Notes under the pieces: model-generated | Databases searched by the model: none | What the model was told of the DNA's origin: nothing | What the model saw: only the letters and a program-made list of their open reading frames with translations | Made by a program: the position numbers and the translations under genes | Shown here: one piece after another, positions 23,088 to 32,506 of the stretch | Numbering within the stretch: position 1 is the first letter of the stretch | Layout of the letters: every line of letters begins with the position of its first letter | Assembly: GCA_964457265.1 (NCBI GenBank) | Contig: CAYWEI010000003.1 | Coordinates: 3,732-43,597 of the forward strand | Source: an uncultured Candidatus Saccharibacteria bacterium | GTDB taxonomy: Bacteria; Patescibacteriota; Minisyncoccia; Phycocordibacterales; Phycocordibacteraceae | Length of the DNA: 39,866 nt | Direction: 5' to 3'

Positions 23088-24122
23088 ATGATTTTCTCAA
23101 GGACTATGGATCATTCTACTCACACGCTCCGCATCGTCATCGCTTCGGTCCTCGCGGTCCTGATGATCGGCGGCTCCTACGCGCTCTCGGGGCCGATACC
23201 GTTCTTCGGCGATATCCGCATCGCGAACGCGGAGAATTCCGCCGTGCTCCTGCGCGAGTACGCAGTGAAGGATTCTGATTCGGACGGCCTCTTCGATTGG
23301 CAGGAGTCGCTCTACGCTACCGACCCCCATGACGCAGAATCATTCAGGGCAGGGATAAAGGATGGCGATGCCGTGACACAGGGACTCATCCAGCCGAAAG
23401 TCAAGGTAGCTCCCGAGCCGTCCCTCGGAGACATATCGACCGTGCCCGGAAAGGATGTCGCGCCAGACACCATCACCGACCAGTTCGCCCAGGCGCTCTT
23501 CAAGCAGTACATGCTCACCCGAGGAGACACGCAGCCTACGGCGGAAGAGATCGCTACCTTCGTCGAGGAAGGAGTGCAGGGCATTTCCGAATCGAACGCT
23601 TCCCGGAATACTTTCTCGCTGTCTGACATGAAGAGTTCGGGAGCGACGGGGCCCGCGGCCATGCGTGCCTATATCCCCGTCGCTCAGCGCGCATTCGACG
23701 ATAACGACATAACGATGGCCAAGGACGAGCTTTCCTACTTCTCAGATGCGATGAAGGGAGATGCTGCGTCGTACCCGAAACTGAAAGAGATCAGCGCGGC
23801 ATACGCGCGCATAGCGCGGGCGTTCATCAAGGTGTCCGTGCCCGAAGAAGCTCGCGTCTCGCACCTCGCTATAGCGAATTCGCTCATGCACATGAGCAAG
23901 GTGAGCGCTGACATGGCTGCGATGGAATCCGATCCGTTGCGCGCGCTCATCGGCGTAGCCGAATATCAGCAGCGCCAGATAGAGATGCTTACCGGATTCT
24001 CCGGCCTGAGCGCGCTATTCGTGGCCCAGCAGATCGTGCTCACGCCCGACGAGCCCGGCTATGATTTCTATTCGACCAGTCTCAAGGCATCGCAGACTCT
24101 CATAGACCTGCGCGCACGATAA
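23088..24122 (+). CDS. N-terminally anchored extracytoplasmic protein, unknown function (first gene of the T4SS-like block)
   Basis: TM anchor LRIVIASVLAVLMIGGSYAL. Calcium-binding-like DSDSDGLFDWQESLYATDP motif. The rest is helical and unassigned. The true start could be MDHST at 23106. Confidence 0.6.
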   Translation: MIFSRTMDHSTHTLRIVIASVLAVLMIGGSYALSGPIPFFGDIRIANAENSAVLLREYAVKDSDSDGLFDWQESLYATDPHDAESFRAGIKDGDAVTQGLIQPKVKVAPEPSLGDISTVPGKDVAPDTITDQFAQALFKQYMLTRGDTQPTAEEIATFVEEGVQGISESNASRNTFSLSDMKSSGATGPAAMRAYIPVAQRAFDDNDITMAKDELSYFSDAMKGDAASYPKLKEISAAYARIARAFIKVSVPEEARVSHLAIANSLMHMSKVSADMAAMESDPLRALIGVAEYQQRQIEMLTGFSGLSALFVAQQIVLTPDEPGYDFYSTSLKASQTLIDLRAR

Positions 24123-24128
24123 TCCATT

Positions 24129-25544
24129 ATGGCCACTCTCTTACCGAAAAAGATCCTGAAAGGCGCGCTTACGCTGGTTCTTGTCGTCTCTCTTTCTGTT
24201 ACGGCAGTGCCTCGTCCTGCCCACGCGCTCTTCGGAGTTGGCGATACCATAGACGCTCTCTACTTCACTAAGGAATACTTAGTTGATCTCGTCGGGTGGC
24301 AGCTTGCAGAGGTGGCACGTGCCACTATCGTTAAGAGCATCATCAACTGGATAAACGGAGGATTCCAGGGTTCTCCTGCATTCGTCACCGACCTCAAGCA
24401 GAACCTGCGGGGCGTAGAGGACGCGGTCGCATCCCGCCTCTTCGCGGACCTCACCAATAACCTTGAAGCGGCGACGCCTTTCCAGAACAAAGTGATAGAC
24501 AGCGTGCGGCTCGGCTACTACCTCTCCACGAGCCCCGAATCGTTCTATACGAAGAATCCGTATACTCTCGATCAGGTGAGTCCCGACGATGAGGCGTTCC
24601 GTAACGGAGACTTCTCGCAGGGCGGATGGAACGCGTGGTTCGCCACGGTAATGAATCCCCAGAATAACCAGTTCGGGGCTGAAGCCACTCTCGATCGCGT
24701 GCTTACGAATTCCGTGAGCAGCGCGAGCGGACAGCGGCTTGAAGAGCTCTCGTGGGGCAAGGGCTTCATGTCGTGGCGTGGCGATTGCATCGCTACCAAG
24801 AGCCAGGGATCCGCGGCGGATGCCGTAGACCTCAGCGGGGAAGACCCCTGCATCGATTACGCGATACGCACGCCGGGAGGATGGATCTATGACCAAGGGA
24901 ACGGAGCAGTAGGGTCGAGCCTGGAGAAGCTCATCTCCGCCGACGAGCTCGATGAGATCATAGGCGCGCTCATGAATCAGCTGGTAAGCCGAGTGCTCGG
25001 GTCAGGAGGGGGAGGGGGAGGCCTGAGCGGCGTGTCGCGCCCCGCATCAGGAGGGGGAGCCGCCTACATCGATCAAGCCACTGCTTCCTCGGAGGCAGGC
25101 AGCGGCACGCCTTCCGCGAACGCTCCGGCGACTGGCGGGACATCTCTCGGAGATCAATTCAAGACGACTCTAGGAGAGCAGAAGAGCAATATGCTCGCCT
25201 ATAGCGCGGCCTGGGAGAAGATCCGGACGGAAGCACAGGCTGCCAAGCAGCGATGTGCAGCTGCATGGCCGCCCGCCGGTGTCATAAGCGAGGCGACCGC
25301 TGCCCTGACCAAGGCTGCGAACGCTCTCACCGCGATCGATACCATAAATGCGAAGATCCAGAGCGCGACTGCCGCAGGAGGAGACCAGACTCGCGTATAC
25401 GCTGAAGTAGCATCCGATTTCAATGCGATCGAATTCCCGAGCGCTAGCGAGTTCGCGCGAGGGATAGAGCAATCAGGAAACGAGGGGACGACGCTTTACA
25501 CCCAGATGACGAACATCACCTCCGCCACGTGCGTGGGAGGCTAG
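24129..25544 (+). CDS. secreted protein with a Gly-rich segment, unknown function
   Basis: Signal peptide ...VTAVPRPAHALFG and an internal GSGGGGGGLSGVSRPASGGG segment. It starts 6 nt after the upstream stop. Confidence 0.6.
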   Translation: MATLLPKKILKGALTLVLVVSLSVTAVPRPAHALFGVGDTIDALYFTKEYLVDLVGWQLAEVARATIVKSIINWINGGFQGSPAFVTDLKQNLRGVEDAVASRLFADLTNNLEAATPFQNKVIDSVRLGYYLSTSPESFYTKNPYTLDQVSPDDEAFRNGDFSQGGWNAWFATVMNPQNNQFGAEATLDRVLTNSVSSASGQRLEELSWGKGFMSWRGDCIATKSQGSAADAVDLSGEDPCIDYAIRTPGGWIYDQGNGAVGSSLEKLISADELDEIIGALMNQLVSRVLGSGGGGGGLSGVSRPASGGGAAYIDQATASSEAGSGTPSANAPATGGTSLGDQFKTTLGEQKSNMLAYSAAWEKIRTEAQAAKQRCAAAWPPAGVISEATAALTKAANALTAIDTINAKIQSATAAGGDQTRVYAEVASDFNAIEFPSASEFARGIEQSGNEGTTLYTQMTNITSATCVGG

Positions 25545-25557
25545 GTATCAATACCTT

Positions 25558-28110
25558 ATGATGTTTCGCTTCGTAAGACCGTTATTTAAAGGAAGCAACG
25601 TATCTTCTTGTCTATTCGTCGCGTTAGTTCTTTTGTCAGGAACATCTGCTCTCGTGCCTATTCCTGCATTGGCACAGACCTCGACAGATGAAGCGACAGC
25701 ACTCAGGCATTCGACGATCGATCATGCAATCTGCAGCGGCGCGGCGTGCCCGAGAACTAACATAGACGGGAGCGTAACGACCTGCGGGGGAGATTTAGGG
25801 TCAAACGGTACCTGCAAGGTCACGTTCAAGGATGGAACTTCGACCAAGATCGTTCCGGGCGGCGCCTTAGGGCAAGTAATAACGCATTACGCAAAGGATG
25901 GGATAACACCCATAGGAGAGAGAGACGAGACTAAGATCATTGCCGTTACCACAGGGGAGCAGAGCAAATCGAATGTGACCGCGGATGGAAGCGAGGTGGC
26001 GGAATGCGGCCTAAAGAATCCAGCGGCCTGCATCATGAACCTTCCGGGCATGCTTCTCTCGGCCATCGCCCTGTTCATGCTAGGGCTTGCAGGAGGCATT
26101 CTCGCGATTGCAGGAACGGTCTTCAACTGGGTGGTCATACGTACGGTCTACCAGTTCGGTACCTACTTCGGCACTTCGGAAGGAATGCTCACCGCCTGGG
26201 GCATCATGCGTGATATCGCCAACATCGGCCTCCTGTTCGGTTTCATACTCATGGGTGTGCTCCTCATCCTGAATGTCGAGGGCGGGGGACACGGCCACGG
26301 AGGGGGCATGAGCGCGAAGAAAGCGATACCTCGGCTCATCCTTTTCGCGGTTCTCCTTAATTTCAGCTTGTTCGCGTCCCAGGCCATCATTGATGTCGCC
26401 AATGCGTTCAGCTCCACCTTCGCCACGCTCGCGGGACAGCAGTGCGATGACGCGGCGACCGATGGCAAGAATGACGAGGGCAAGCAATCGGAAGAGACTT
26501 GCGCGAATGTGGGCATCTCGGGGCAGATAATCGAAGTGACGGGAATGTCGAAGATCTTCCAATCTATCGAGGAGAAGAACAATATCGGGCACTCGATAGC
26601 GACCAAGGCGTATTCCACCCCGATCATGCTTATCATGCTCACTATCTTCGTGCTGATAACGGCGATGGTCCTCCTTGCGGGAGCGATCATGCTCATTATC
26701 CGCGTCGTCATACTTTCTCTCCTGATGGTTACCGCGCCGATAGGGTTCGCGGGAATGGCGATCCCTAAGCTCTCGGGCCTCGCAAGCCAGTGGTGGAGCA
26801 AGCTTCTCTCCCAATCCTTCTTCGCTCCGGTCTATCTGCTCCTTATCTTCATCAGCATAAAGCTTTCAGAAGGTCTCATGCAGGGAGACGCCACCATCGC
26901 GGATGCTCTTATGGGTAACCAAGGCGCGAACGCTGCAGGTAACATGCAGGTCATCATGGTCTACATGATCGTCACGGGCTTCATGATCGCGTCTCTGGTC
27001 GCCGCTTCCAAGATGGGGGCGATGGGTGCGAAATTCGCCACCTCTACCGCAGCAGGCCTGACCGTCGGAGCGGTGGGATTTGCCGGACGTCGCACCGTCG
27101 GCGTTGCCTCCGGCAAGGTCGCTAACAGGATCGCCTCCTCGCAATGGGCGCGCAGCAACGGCTTCGGGAGCCAGCTTGCCCTGAAAACCTTCAATAAAGG
27201 GGCTTCTTCCAGCATGAGCGCGCGCACTGCGATTAATAGCGCGATGAAAGGCGCGGGCGTAGACATCGGCATGGGGAACGCGAGCAAGAATGTAGCGCAC
27301 GGCATCCATGGTATCGAAGAGGCAGAGATCAAGAAGCGTGTCGACTTCTCTGAGAAGGGACTGCGAAGGACTGAGGAAGAGATCAAGAAGGAGGAGGCCT
27401 TGAAAAACGAGAAGATTAAGCTTCAGAATTCTAAGGCTTACGAACAAACTCAGAGAAAGCGTATAGAAGCAGAGGAAGAGGCCGCGATGAGGAAAGCTCA
27501 GAGCGAAAACGAGCAGAATATGAAGCTCCGGCTCGCACAAATCGAAGTCCAGAAGGGAAGGGTCGCGGGCGCAGAATTTACTAAGGATACGGACCCTGAG
27601 GCGTTATTGAGCGAGAAACGCGATCTTGACCAGCTGCTACGAGACCACGAGACGGAAAGCAAGGCCGCTGCACAAGACATCGAAAGTCGGAAGGCCGCAG
27701 CTGAGAATACTAAGGCAGCTCATCAAGAGAACATGTCCCGGTTCGATACGAGGACCAGGGAAATAGATAGGGAAATCAAAGGCGGAAGCTACTTCAATGC
27801 AGAGACAGGCACGACAGATAAGTATGCTGGAGTATCAGCCGACGCTGTTAAGCGCCAATATGCCGAGAATATGGCACATCAGAAAGTCCCTATACCGTTC
27901 TCGGTGGGCACTCACATAAATCACGAAGCGTCTGAAAAGATCCTTAAGAAGCTGAACCGCTCTCAGAATGAGAAGCTCATTGATGCCATCAAGGAGACAG
28001 CGAAAGAGGAGAAGGATGCCAGCGACGACCACGATAAGAAAGATGACCATGGCGGAGGTGGCGACAGCCATGCACCGAAGGCGGGCGGGCATGGAGCGGA
28101 TCATCATTAA
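25558..28110 (+). CDS. VirB6/TrbL-like polytopic membrane protein with a Cys-rich ectodomain and a long cytoplasmic coiled-coil/His-rich tail
   Basis: 850 aa. Signal peptide, ~130-aa Cys-containing N-domain, at least six hydrophobic helices (residues ~165-500), ~250-aa Lys/Glu coiled-coil region, and a terminal KDDHGGGGDSHAPKAGGHGADHH. Confidence 0.68.
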   Translation: MMFRFVRPLFKGSNVSSCLFVALVLLSGTSALVPIPALAQTSTDEATALRHSTIDHAICSGAACPRTNIDGSVTTCGGDLGSNGTCKVTFKDGTSTKIVPGGALGQVITHYAKDGITPIGERDETKIIAVTTGEQSKSNVTADGSEVAECGLKNPAACIMNLPGMLLSAIALFMLGLAGGILAIAGTVFNWVVIRTVYQFGTYFGTSEGMLTAWGIMRDIANIGLLFGFILMGVLLILNVEGGGHGHGGGMSAKKAIPRLILFAVLLNFSLFASQAIIDVANAFSSTFATLAGQQCDDAATDGKNDEGKQSEETCANVGISGQIIEVTGMSKIFQSIEEKNNIGHSIATKAYSTPIMLIMLTIFVLITAMVLLAGAIMLIIRVVILSLLMVTAPIGFAGMAIPKLSGLASQWWSKLLSQSFFAPVYLLLIFISIKLSEGLMQGDATIADALMGNQGANAAGNMQVIMVYMIVTGFMIASLVAASKMGAMGAKFATSTAAGLTVGAVGFAGRRTVGVASGKVANRIASSQWARSNGFGSQLALKTFNKGASSSMSARTAINSAMKGAGVDIGMGNASKNVAHGIHGIEEAEIKKRVDFSEKGLRRTEEEIKKEEALKNEKIKLQNSKAYEQTQRKRIEAEEEAAMRKAQSENEQNMKLRLAQIEVQKGRVAGAEFTKDTDPEALLSEKRDLDQLLRDHETESKAAAQDIESRKAAAENTKAAHQENMSRFDTRTREIDREIKGGSYFNAETGTTDKYAGVSADAVKRQYAENMAHQKVPIPFSVGTHINHEASEKILKKLNRSQNEKLIDAIKETAKEEKDASDDHDKKDDHGGGGDSHAPKAGGHGADHH

Positions 28111-28122
28111 TACATTGCAAGC

Positions 28123-28938
28123 ATGAATCCGGAAGAAGATCTCACCGAATTAAATATCAATTCAGCGGTCAGCACCTTGATGAAGGAGCTCCCTAAGCCT
28201 GTGCAGGATTTCCTTGCAGGACCTGAGCGGGACCGCATATCGAACGAGCTTTCTCAGAAGCACCGCCTTCACGTAGATCAGGCAGGGGAGTTCGAGCGCG
28301 CATATTTATTCATGCTGCTCGGCATCATGTCGCCCAATGAGTTCGTCTCGACGCTTACGGAGGCAGGCATTGCGCCTGAAGCAGTGAGCGCCCTCGCTGC
28401 TGATGTGAACGAAATGGTCTTCATTCCGCTGCGGAAGAAGGAAAGGGACCCGAGATCAGCGATGCCCGCAGCTGCGATTCCGCAGAAACCAGCGCCCTTG
28501 CCGCCTCCTGCGATCGAGTACAAGCCTGCTCCAGTGACTCTCCCTGGTTCTGACGTTCCGGCACCCATGCCAGCAATGAGTCAAACACCGCAGCACCTTG
28601 CCGCGCAGCCGGTCGTCGCGCCTGCGCCTATCGTGCCAGAGCAGCACTTCGTCCAGTCCATGCCCGGAGCCGGAGTTCACCAGCCCGGCTGGCACCCTGC
28701 TGCAGCGGTGCATATATATGTACCGGCCCACGCTGCGCCCCAGCAGCAGGCTGCCTACGTGCCGAGCGCACCTATGCCTGAACCGGCTGCCGCACCTCTA
28801 CCTGCACCTGCTCCGGTCTATATTCCCCCGGCACCGCCTGCACCTGCGCCGCAACCCGTAACTATCATGCCTTCGGCGGTGAGCATCCCTATAAAGAAGG
28901 AATTCGGTGCGGATCCCTATCGAGAACCGATCGCATAG
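28123..28938 (+). CDS. protein with a small helical N-domain and a Pro/Ala-rich C-terminal half, unknown function
   Basis: 271 aa. The C-terminal ~160 aa are PAP/PxP low complexity. It starts 12 nt after the upstream stop. Confidence 0.55.
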   Translation: MNPEEDLTELNINSAVSTLMKELPKPVQDFLAGPERDRISNELSQKHRLHVDQAGEFERAYLFMLLGIMSPNEFVSTLTEAGIAPEAVSALAADVNEMVFIPLRKKERDPRSAMPAAAIPQKPAPLPPPAIEYKPAPVTLPGSDVPAPMPAMSQTPQHLAAQPVVAPAPIVPEQHFVQSMPGAGVHQPGWHPAAAVHIYVPAHAAPQQQAAYVPSAPMPEPAAAPLPAPAPVYIPPAPPAPAPQPVTIMPSAVSIPIKKEFGADPYREPIA

Positions 28939-28958
28939 AGGATATTTCCCCGCATTCC

Positions 28959-28995
28959 ATAACCGCCCGCTAAGGAATTCCTTAGCGGGCGGTTA
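28959..28995 (+). promoter_or_regulatory. perfect 37-nt palindrome (17-bp stem) inside the block; possible intra-operon attenuator or processing site
   Basis: ataaccgcccgctaagg-aat-tccttagcgggcggttat... It overlaps the TATACT at 28994-28999, which lies 7 nt before the next ATG. Confidence 0.45.
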
Positions 28996-29006
28996 TACTT
29001 ATACCG

Positions 29007-29429
29007 ATGGAGTACCAAGTACCGCAGTTCATCGAGGTCGAGGATAAGATCTTCGGACCCTTCACGCTCAAGCAGTTCATCTATGTAGCCGGCGGCATCG
29101 GCCTCTGCGCGATCCTTCTCCTCTACCTCCCGCTGATATTCGGCATCATACTCGCGATCCCGGTCGCGGCGCTCACGGGCGCGCTCGCGTTCTACCGCGT
29201 GAACAACAAGCCGTTCGTGGAGATAATGGAAGCCGCGTTCAATTATTATCTGAAGGATCATCTCTACCTCTGGAAGAAGGAGAAGCCGCAGGTACAGGCT
29301 CCCGTAGCAGGCCCCATCGCGGCGAACGCTTCCGAGGACCGCGCGAAGATTGGCATGTCCCAGAGCCGTCTTCAGGAACTCGCGTGGTCGCTCGATATAA
29401 AGGACCGTGACCCGGACGCTAAAGCATAG
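29007..29429 (+). CDS. PrgI/VirB3-like small two-helix membrane protein
   Basis: 140 aa. QFIEVEDKIFGPFTLKQFIYVAGGIGLCAILLLYLPLIFGIILAIPVAALTGALAF is the PrgI-family hairpin pattern. The gene lies upstream of the VirB4-type ATPase. Confidence 0.65.
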   Translation: MEYQVPQFIEVEDKIFGPFTLKQFIYVAGGIGLCAILLLYLPLIFGIILAIPVAALTGALAFYRVNNKPFVEIMEAAFNYYLKDHLYLWKKEKPQVQAPVAGPIAANASEDRAKIGMSQSRLQELAWSLDIKDRDPDAKA

Positions 29430-29434
29430 ATCTC

Positions 29435-30076
29435 ATGGCAACCCCTAAAGCTACCCAGTCCTTCGTTCCCGTAAAGGAAGTCCGTAACGGCGTCGTCATT
29501 CTCAAGAACGACGGGTACCGCGGCATCCTCATGTGCTCCTCCATAAACTTCGCCCTCAAGGGAGAGGACGAGCAGCGGGGCATCATCGGCGGATTCCAGA
29601 GCTTCCTCAATACGCTCGATTTCACCGTCGAGATCGTCGTCCATTCCCGGAAGATGGATGTACGCCCGTATCTGGCGCTCCTTGAGAGCCGCGTGGTCGC
29701 GCAGACGACAGAGCTCATGCGTCTCCAGCTCCGCGAGTACGAGCAGTTCATCCGCAGCTTCATCGACACGAACGACATCATGACCAAGATGTTCTATGTC
29801 GTGGTGCCGTATTCGCCATCCGGTCGCGGGGAAGTGGCGAACGCGATCTCGTTCCTCGGGAAGGGAGGCGCGCGCCGTACCGGGAATTCAGGGCCCGACA
29901 GCTCGTTCGAGGAGAATCGAGTGCAGCTCGAGCAGCGCATGGCGCTCGTAGTCTCAGGACTTGCCGCGAGCGGGGTGCGTGCAGTGCCGCTCGGTACCGA
30001 GGAAGTGATAGAGCTCCTCTATCGGTCATTCAACCTGAGCGAGCTCGAGAGCCCTATACGCCTCACGAACGCGTAA
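29435..30076 (+). CDS. soluble 213-aa protein, unknown function (possible VirB4 N-domain-like module)
   Basis: SFVPVKEVRNGVVILKNDGYRGILMCSSINFALKGEDEQRGIIGGFQSFLNTLDFTVEIVV resembles, from memory, the N-terminal pattern of Gram-positive VirB4/TcpF-type ATPases. It has no Walker motifs. Confidence 0.5.
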   Translation: MATPKATQSFVPVKEVRNGVVILKNDGYRGILMCSSINFALKGEDEQRGIIGGFQSFLNTLDFTVEIVVHSRKMDVRPYLALLESRVVAQTTELMRLQLREYEQFIRSFIDTNDIMTKMFYVVVPYSPSGRGEVANAISFLGKGGARRTGNSGPDSSFEENRVQLEQRMALVVSGLAASGVRAVPLGTEEVIELLYRSFNLSELESPIRLTNA

Positions 30077-30131
30077 CGCATGACAGCCTCGCAGCCTCGC
30101 CCCGAACTACCAATCACTACTCTTTCCTGAT

Positions 30132-31949
30132 ATGGCCCTCCTCGATTTCCTCGGCAAGAATAAGAAGGACGACACCCCGGCGATAACCGCGGTGCTCCCG
30201 AAAGACATCTACGCTGAGGGCGAGCTGCAGCTGGCGGACGCCATCGCGCCTGCGGCGCTCAAGGTGGGCGCGCGCGAGATCGAGCTCGGCGAGAAGTTCT
30301 CCCGCTCTTTCTACACCATCTCCTATCCGCGCTTCCTCGTGGATAGCTGGTTCAGCCCTATCATCAACATGGATAAGGTGATGGATATCGGGCTTTTCAT
30401 ACACCCTCTCGAGACCGGCACCGCGCTTCGCGGCTTCCAGAAGAAGGTTGCCGAGATAGAGAGCCAGATCTCAGACAGGGAAGAGAAGGGTCTCGTGCGC
30501 GACCCGATGCTCGATACCGCCTATCGCGACCTCGAGCAGCTCCGCGATCAGCTCCAGCAGGCAGAAGAGCACATCTTCGAAGTGGGTCTCTATCTCACTA
30601 TCTATGGCAATTCGAAGGAAGAGCTCGATAAGGTGGAGGCCGAGGTGCGCGGCATCCTCGACGCGAAGCTGGTCTACACGAAGCCGGCGCTCTTCCAGCA
30701 GGAGCAGGGATTCCGCTCGACCTTGCCGCTCGCGCTCGACGAGCTCGAAGTGACCAGCAAGCTCAACTCAGCACCCCTTTCTTCGCTCTTCCCGTTCGTC
30801 TCCTTCGACCTCACGAGCGATCGCGGCATCCTGTACGGGATCAATCGCCACAACTCCTCGCTCATACTTTTCGACCGTTTCTCGCTCGAGAACTACAATT
30901 CGGTCGTCTTCGCGAAGTCGGGTTCCGGAAAGTCATACGCGGTCAAGCTCGAGATCCTGCGCTCGCTCATGTTCGGGACGGATGTCATCGTCATAGACCC
31001 TGAGCGCGAGTATGAGAACCTGGCGAGCGCCACGGGCGGAAGGACATTCAACATATCCCTCTCATCCGAGCATCACATCAACCCTTTCGATCTTCCTCCC
31101 GTGAAAGAGGACGAGGAGCCGGCGGATATCCTGCGCAGCAACATCATCAACCTCGTGGGCCTCTTCCGTATCATGCTCGGCGGACTCTCTCCGGAAGAGG
31201 ACGCGATCATCGACCGCGCCATCACCGAGACCTATGCGCTCAAGGACATCACGGGCGATGCGGACTTCACGGGAGTCGAGCCGCCGCTCCTTTCGGATTT
31301 CGAGAACGTGCTTTCGGGCATGGAAGGCTCCGAATCGCTCGTCACGAGGCTCTCGAAGTACACGCACGGCACCTGGTCAGGGTTCCTGAACCAGCCGACC
31401 AATATAGATATAAACAAGCAGTTCATCGTGTTCTCTGTCCGGGACATGGAGGACGAGCTGAAGCCGGTGGCGATGTACATCATCACGCACTTCATCTGGA
31501 ATGCGATCCGCCATGAGCTGAAGCAGCGCCTGCTCGTGATCGACGAGGCATGGTGGATGATGAAATCGGAAGATACGGCATCGTTCCTCTTCAGCATCGC
31601 CAAGCGCGGCCGCAAGTACTTCCTCGGCCTCGCGACTATCACCCAGGACGTGGAGGACTTCCTCCGTTCGCCCTACGGCCGGCCGATCCTTACGAACTCC
31701 TCGATGCAGCTGCTGCTCAAGCAGTCGCCGACCACCATCAACGTGCTCCAAGAGACATTCAACCTGACTGACCAGGAGAAGTTCCTGCTGCTCGAGTCAG
31801 GAGTGGGGGAGGGGCTCTTCTTCGCAGGCCTCAAGCACGTAGCCATAAAGGTCGTGGCTTCCTACACCGAAGACCAGATCATCACGTCGGACCCGTCACA
31901 GCTTCTCCAGATACGGCAAGAGAAATCCCGCAACGAAGCGGGCGGATAG
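30132..31949 (+). CDS. VirB4/TrbE/TraC-family type IV secretion ATPase
   Basis: Walker A VVFAKSGSGKSY, Walker B LLVIDEAWWMM (IDEAW hallmark), and an N-domain with YPRFLVDSWF. 605 aa. Confidence 0.9.
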   Translation: MALLDFLGKNKKDDTPAITAVLPKDIYAEGELQLADAIAPAALKVGAREIELGEKFSRSFYTISYPRFLVDSWFSPIINMDKVMDIGLFIHPLETGTALRGFQKKVAEIESQISDREEKGLVRDPMLDTAYRDLEQLRDQLQQAEEHIFEVGLYLTIYGNSKEELDKVEAEVRGILDAKLVYTKPALFQQEQGFRSTLPLALDELEVTSKLNSAPLSSLFPFVSFDLTSDRGILYGINRHNSSLILFDRFSLENYNSVVFAKSGSGKSYAVKLEILRSLMFGTDVIVIDPEREYENLASATGGRTFNISLSSEHHINPFDLPPVKEDEEPADILRSNIINLVGLFRIMLGGLSPEEDAIIDRAITETYALKDITGDADFTGVEPPLLSDFENVLSGMEGSESLVTRLSKYTHGTWSGFLNQPTNIDINKQFIVFSVRDMEDELKPVAMYIITHFIWNAIRHELKQRLLVIDEAWWMMKSEDTASFLFSIAKRGRKYFLGLATITQDVEDFLRSPYGRPILTNSSMQLLLKQSPTTINVLQETFNLTDQEKFLLLESGVGEGLFFAGLKHVAIKVVASYTEDQIITSDPSQLLQIRQEKSRNEAGG

Positions 31950-31952
31950 CGC

Positions 31953-32453
31953 ATGGCAGCGCCGCACAAGATCGGGAACGTCACTGCGGGATTCATGATC
32001 GCCCTTGCAGCGAGCGTCGATGTCTTGCAGGCCCTCCTTACGTTCTCCGTAGTGCTTCTTCCTTTCTCGCTATTCCTCTCATTCCTCAGCTTCATCGTAT
32101 TCGGCCTATGGTTCCTGCTTCTCGGCGCCTATTCAGGCCAAGGGAGCTCGAAACGGCTCATGACCTCGGCAGGAGCCATGGTAATCGAGATCGTGCCGTT
32201 CCTGAGCATGCTGCCGGCGACTACGGCAGGCGTCCTCAGCACTATCGTACAGACCCGCGTAGCGGATTCGCTCGCGTCCCGCGTAGGCACTGACCCCCGG
32301 AAACTGCAGGCGGTCGAGCGCCTGCAGCGTCAGAAAGCGGCCCAGAGGCAGCGAGCAGATTCGATGCGGTCGGATCGCGAGCAAGCTCAGGAGGAGAAGC
32401 ATTCTCCGGCTAACGACAACGAGGAGGGAGGCTCCTTGCGCGAAGCGGCATAG
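31953..32453 (+). CDS. small multi-pass membrane protein with a charged C-terminal tail
   Basis: Three or four hydrophobic helices, followed by a QRQKAAQRQRADSMRSDREQAQEEK tail. It starts 3 nt after the ATPase stop. Confidence 0.55.
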   Translation: MAAPHKIGNVTAGFMIALAASVDVLQALLTFSVVLLPFSLFLSFLSFIVFGLWFLLLGAYSGQGSSKRLMTSAGAMVIEIVPFLSMLPATTAGVLSTIVQTRVADSLASRVGTDPRKLQAVERLQRQKAAQRQRADSMRSDREQAQEEKHSPANDNEEGGSLREAA

Positions 32454-32506
32454 GCTACCCACGGCGGCTTCGGTCCCTGCCGCCATCGGCGGTATATACT
32501 ACGGAC

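Noticed and set aside
24311-24324. 14-nt perfect palindrome gtggcacgtgccac inside the 24129 gene, considered as part of the CACGTG motif family.
   Set aside because: Its flanks (GGCACGTGCC) differ from the TTYCACGTGRAA sites. It is a single isolated occurrence inside a coding region.
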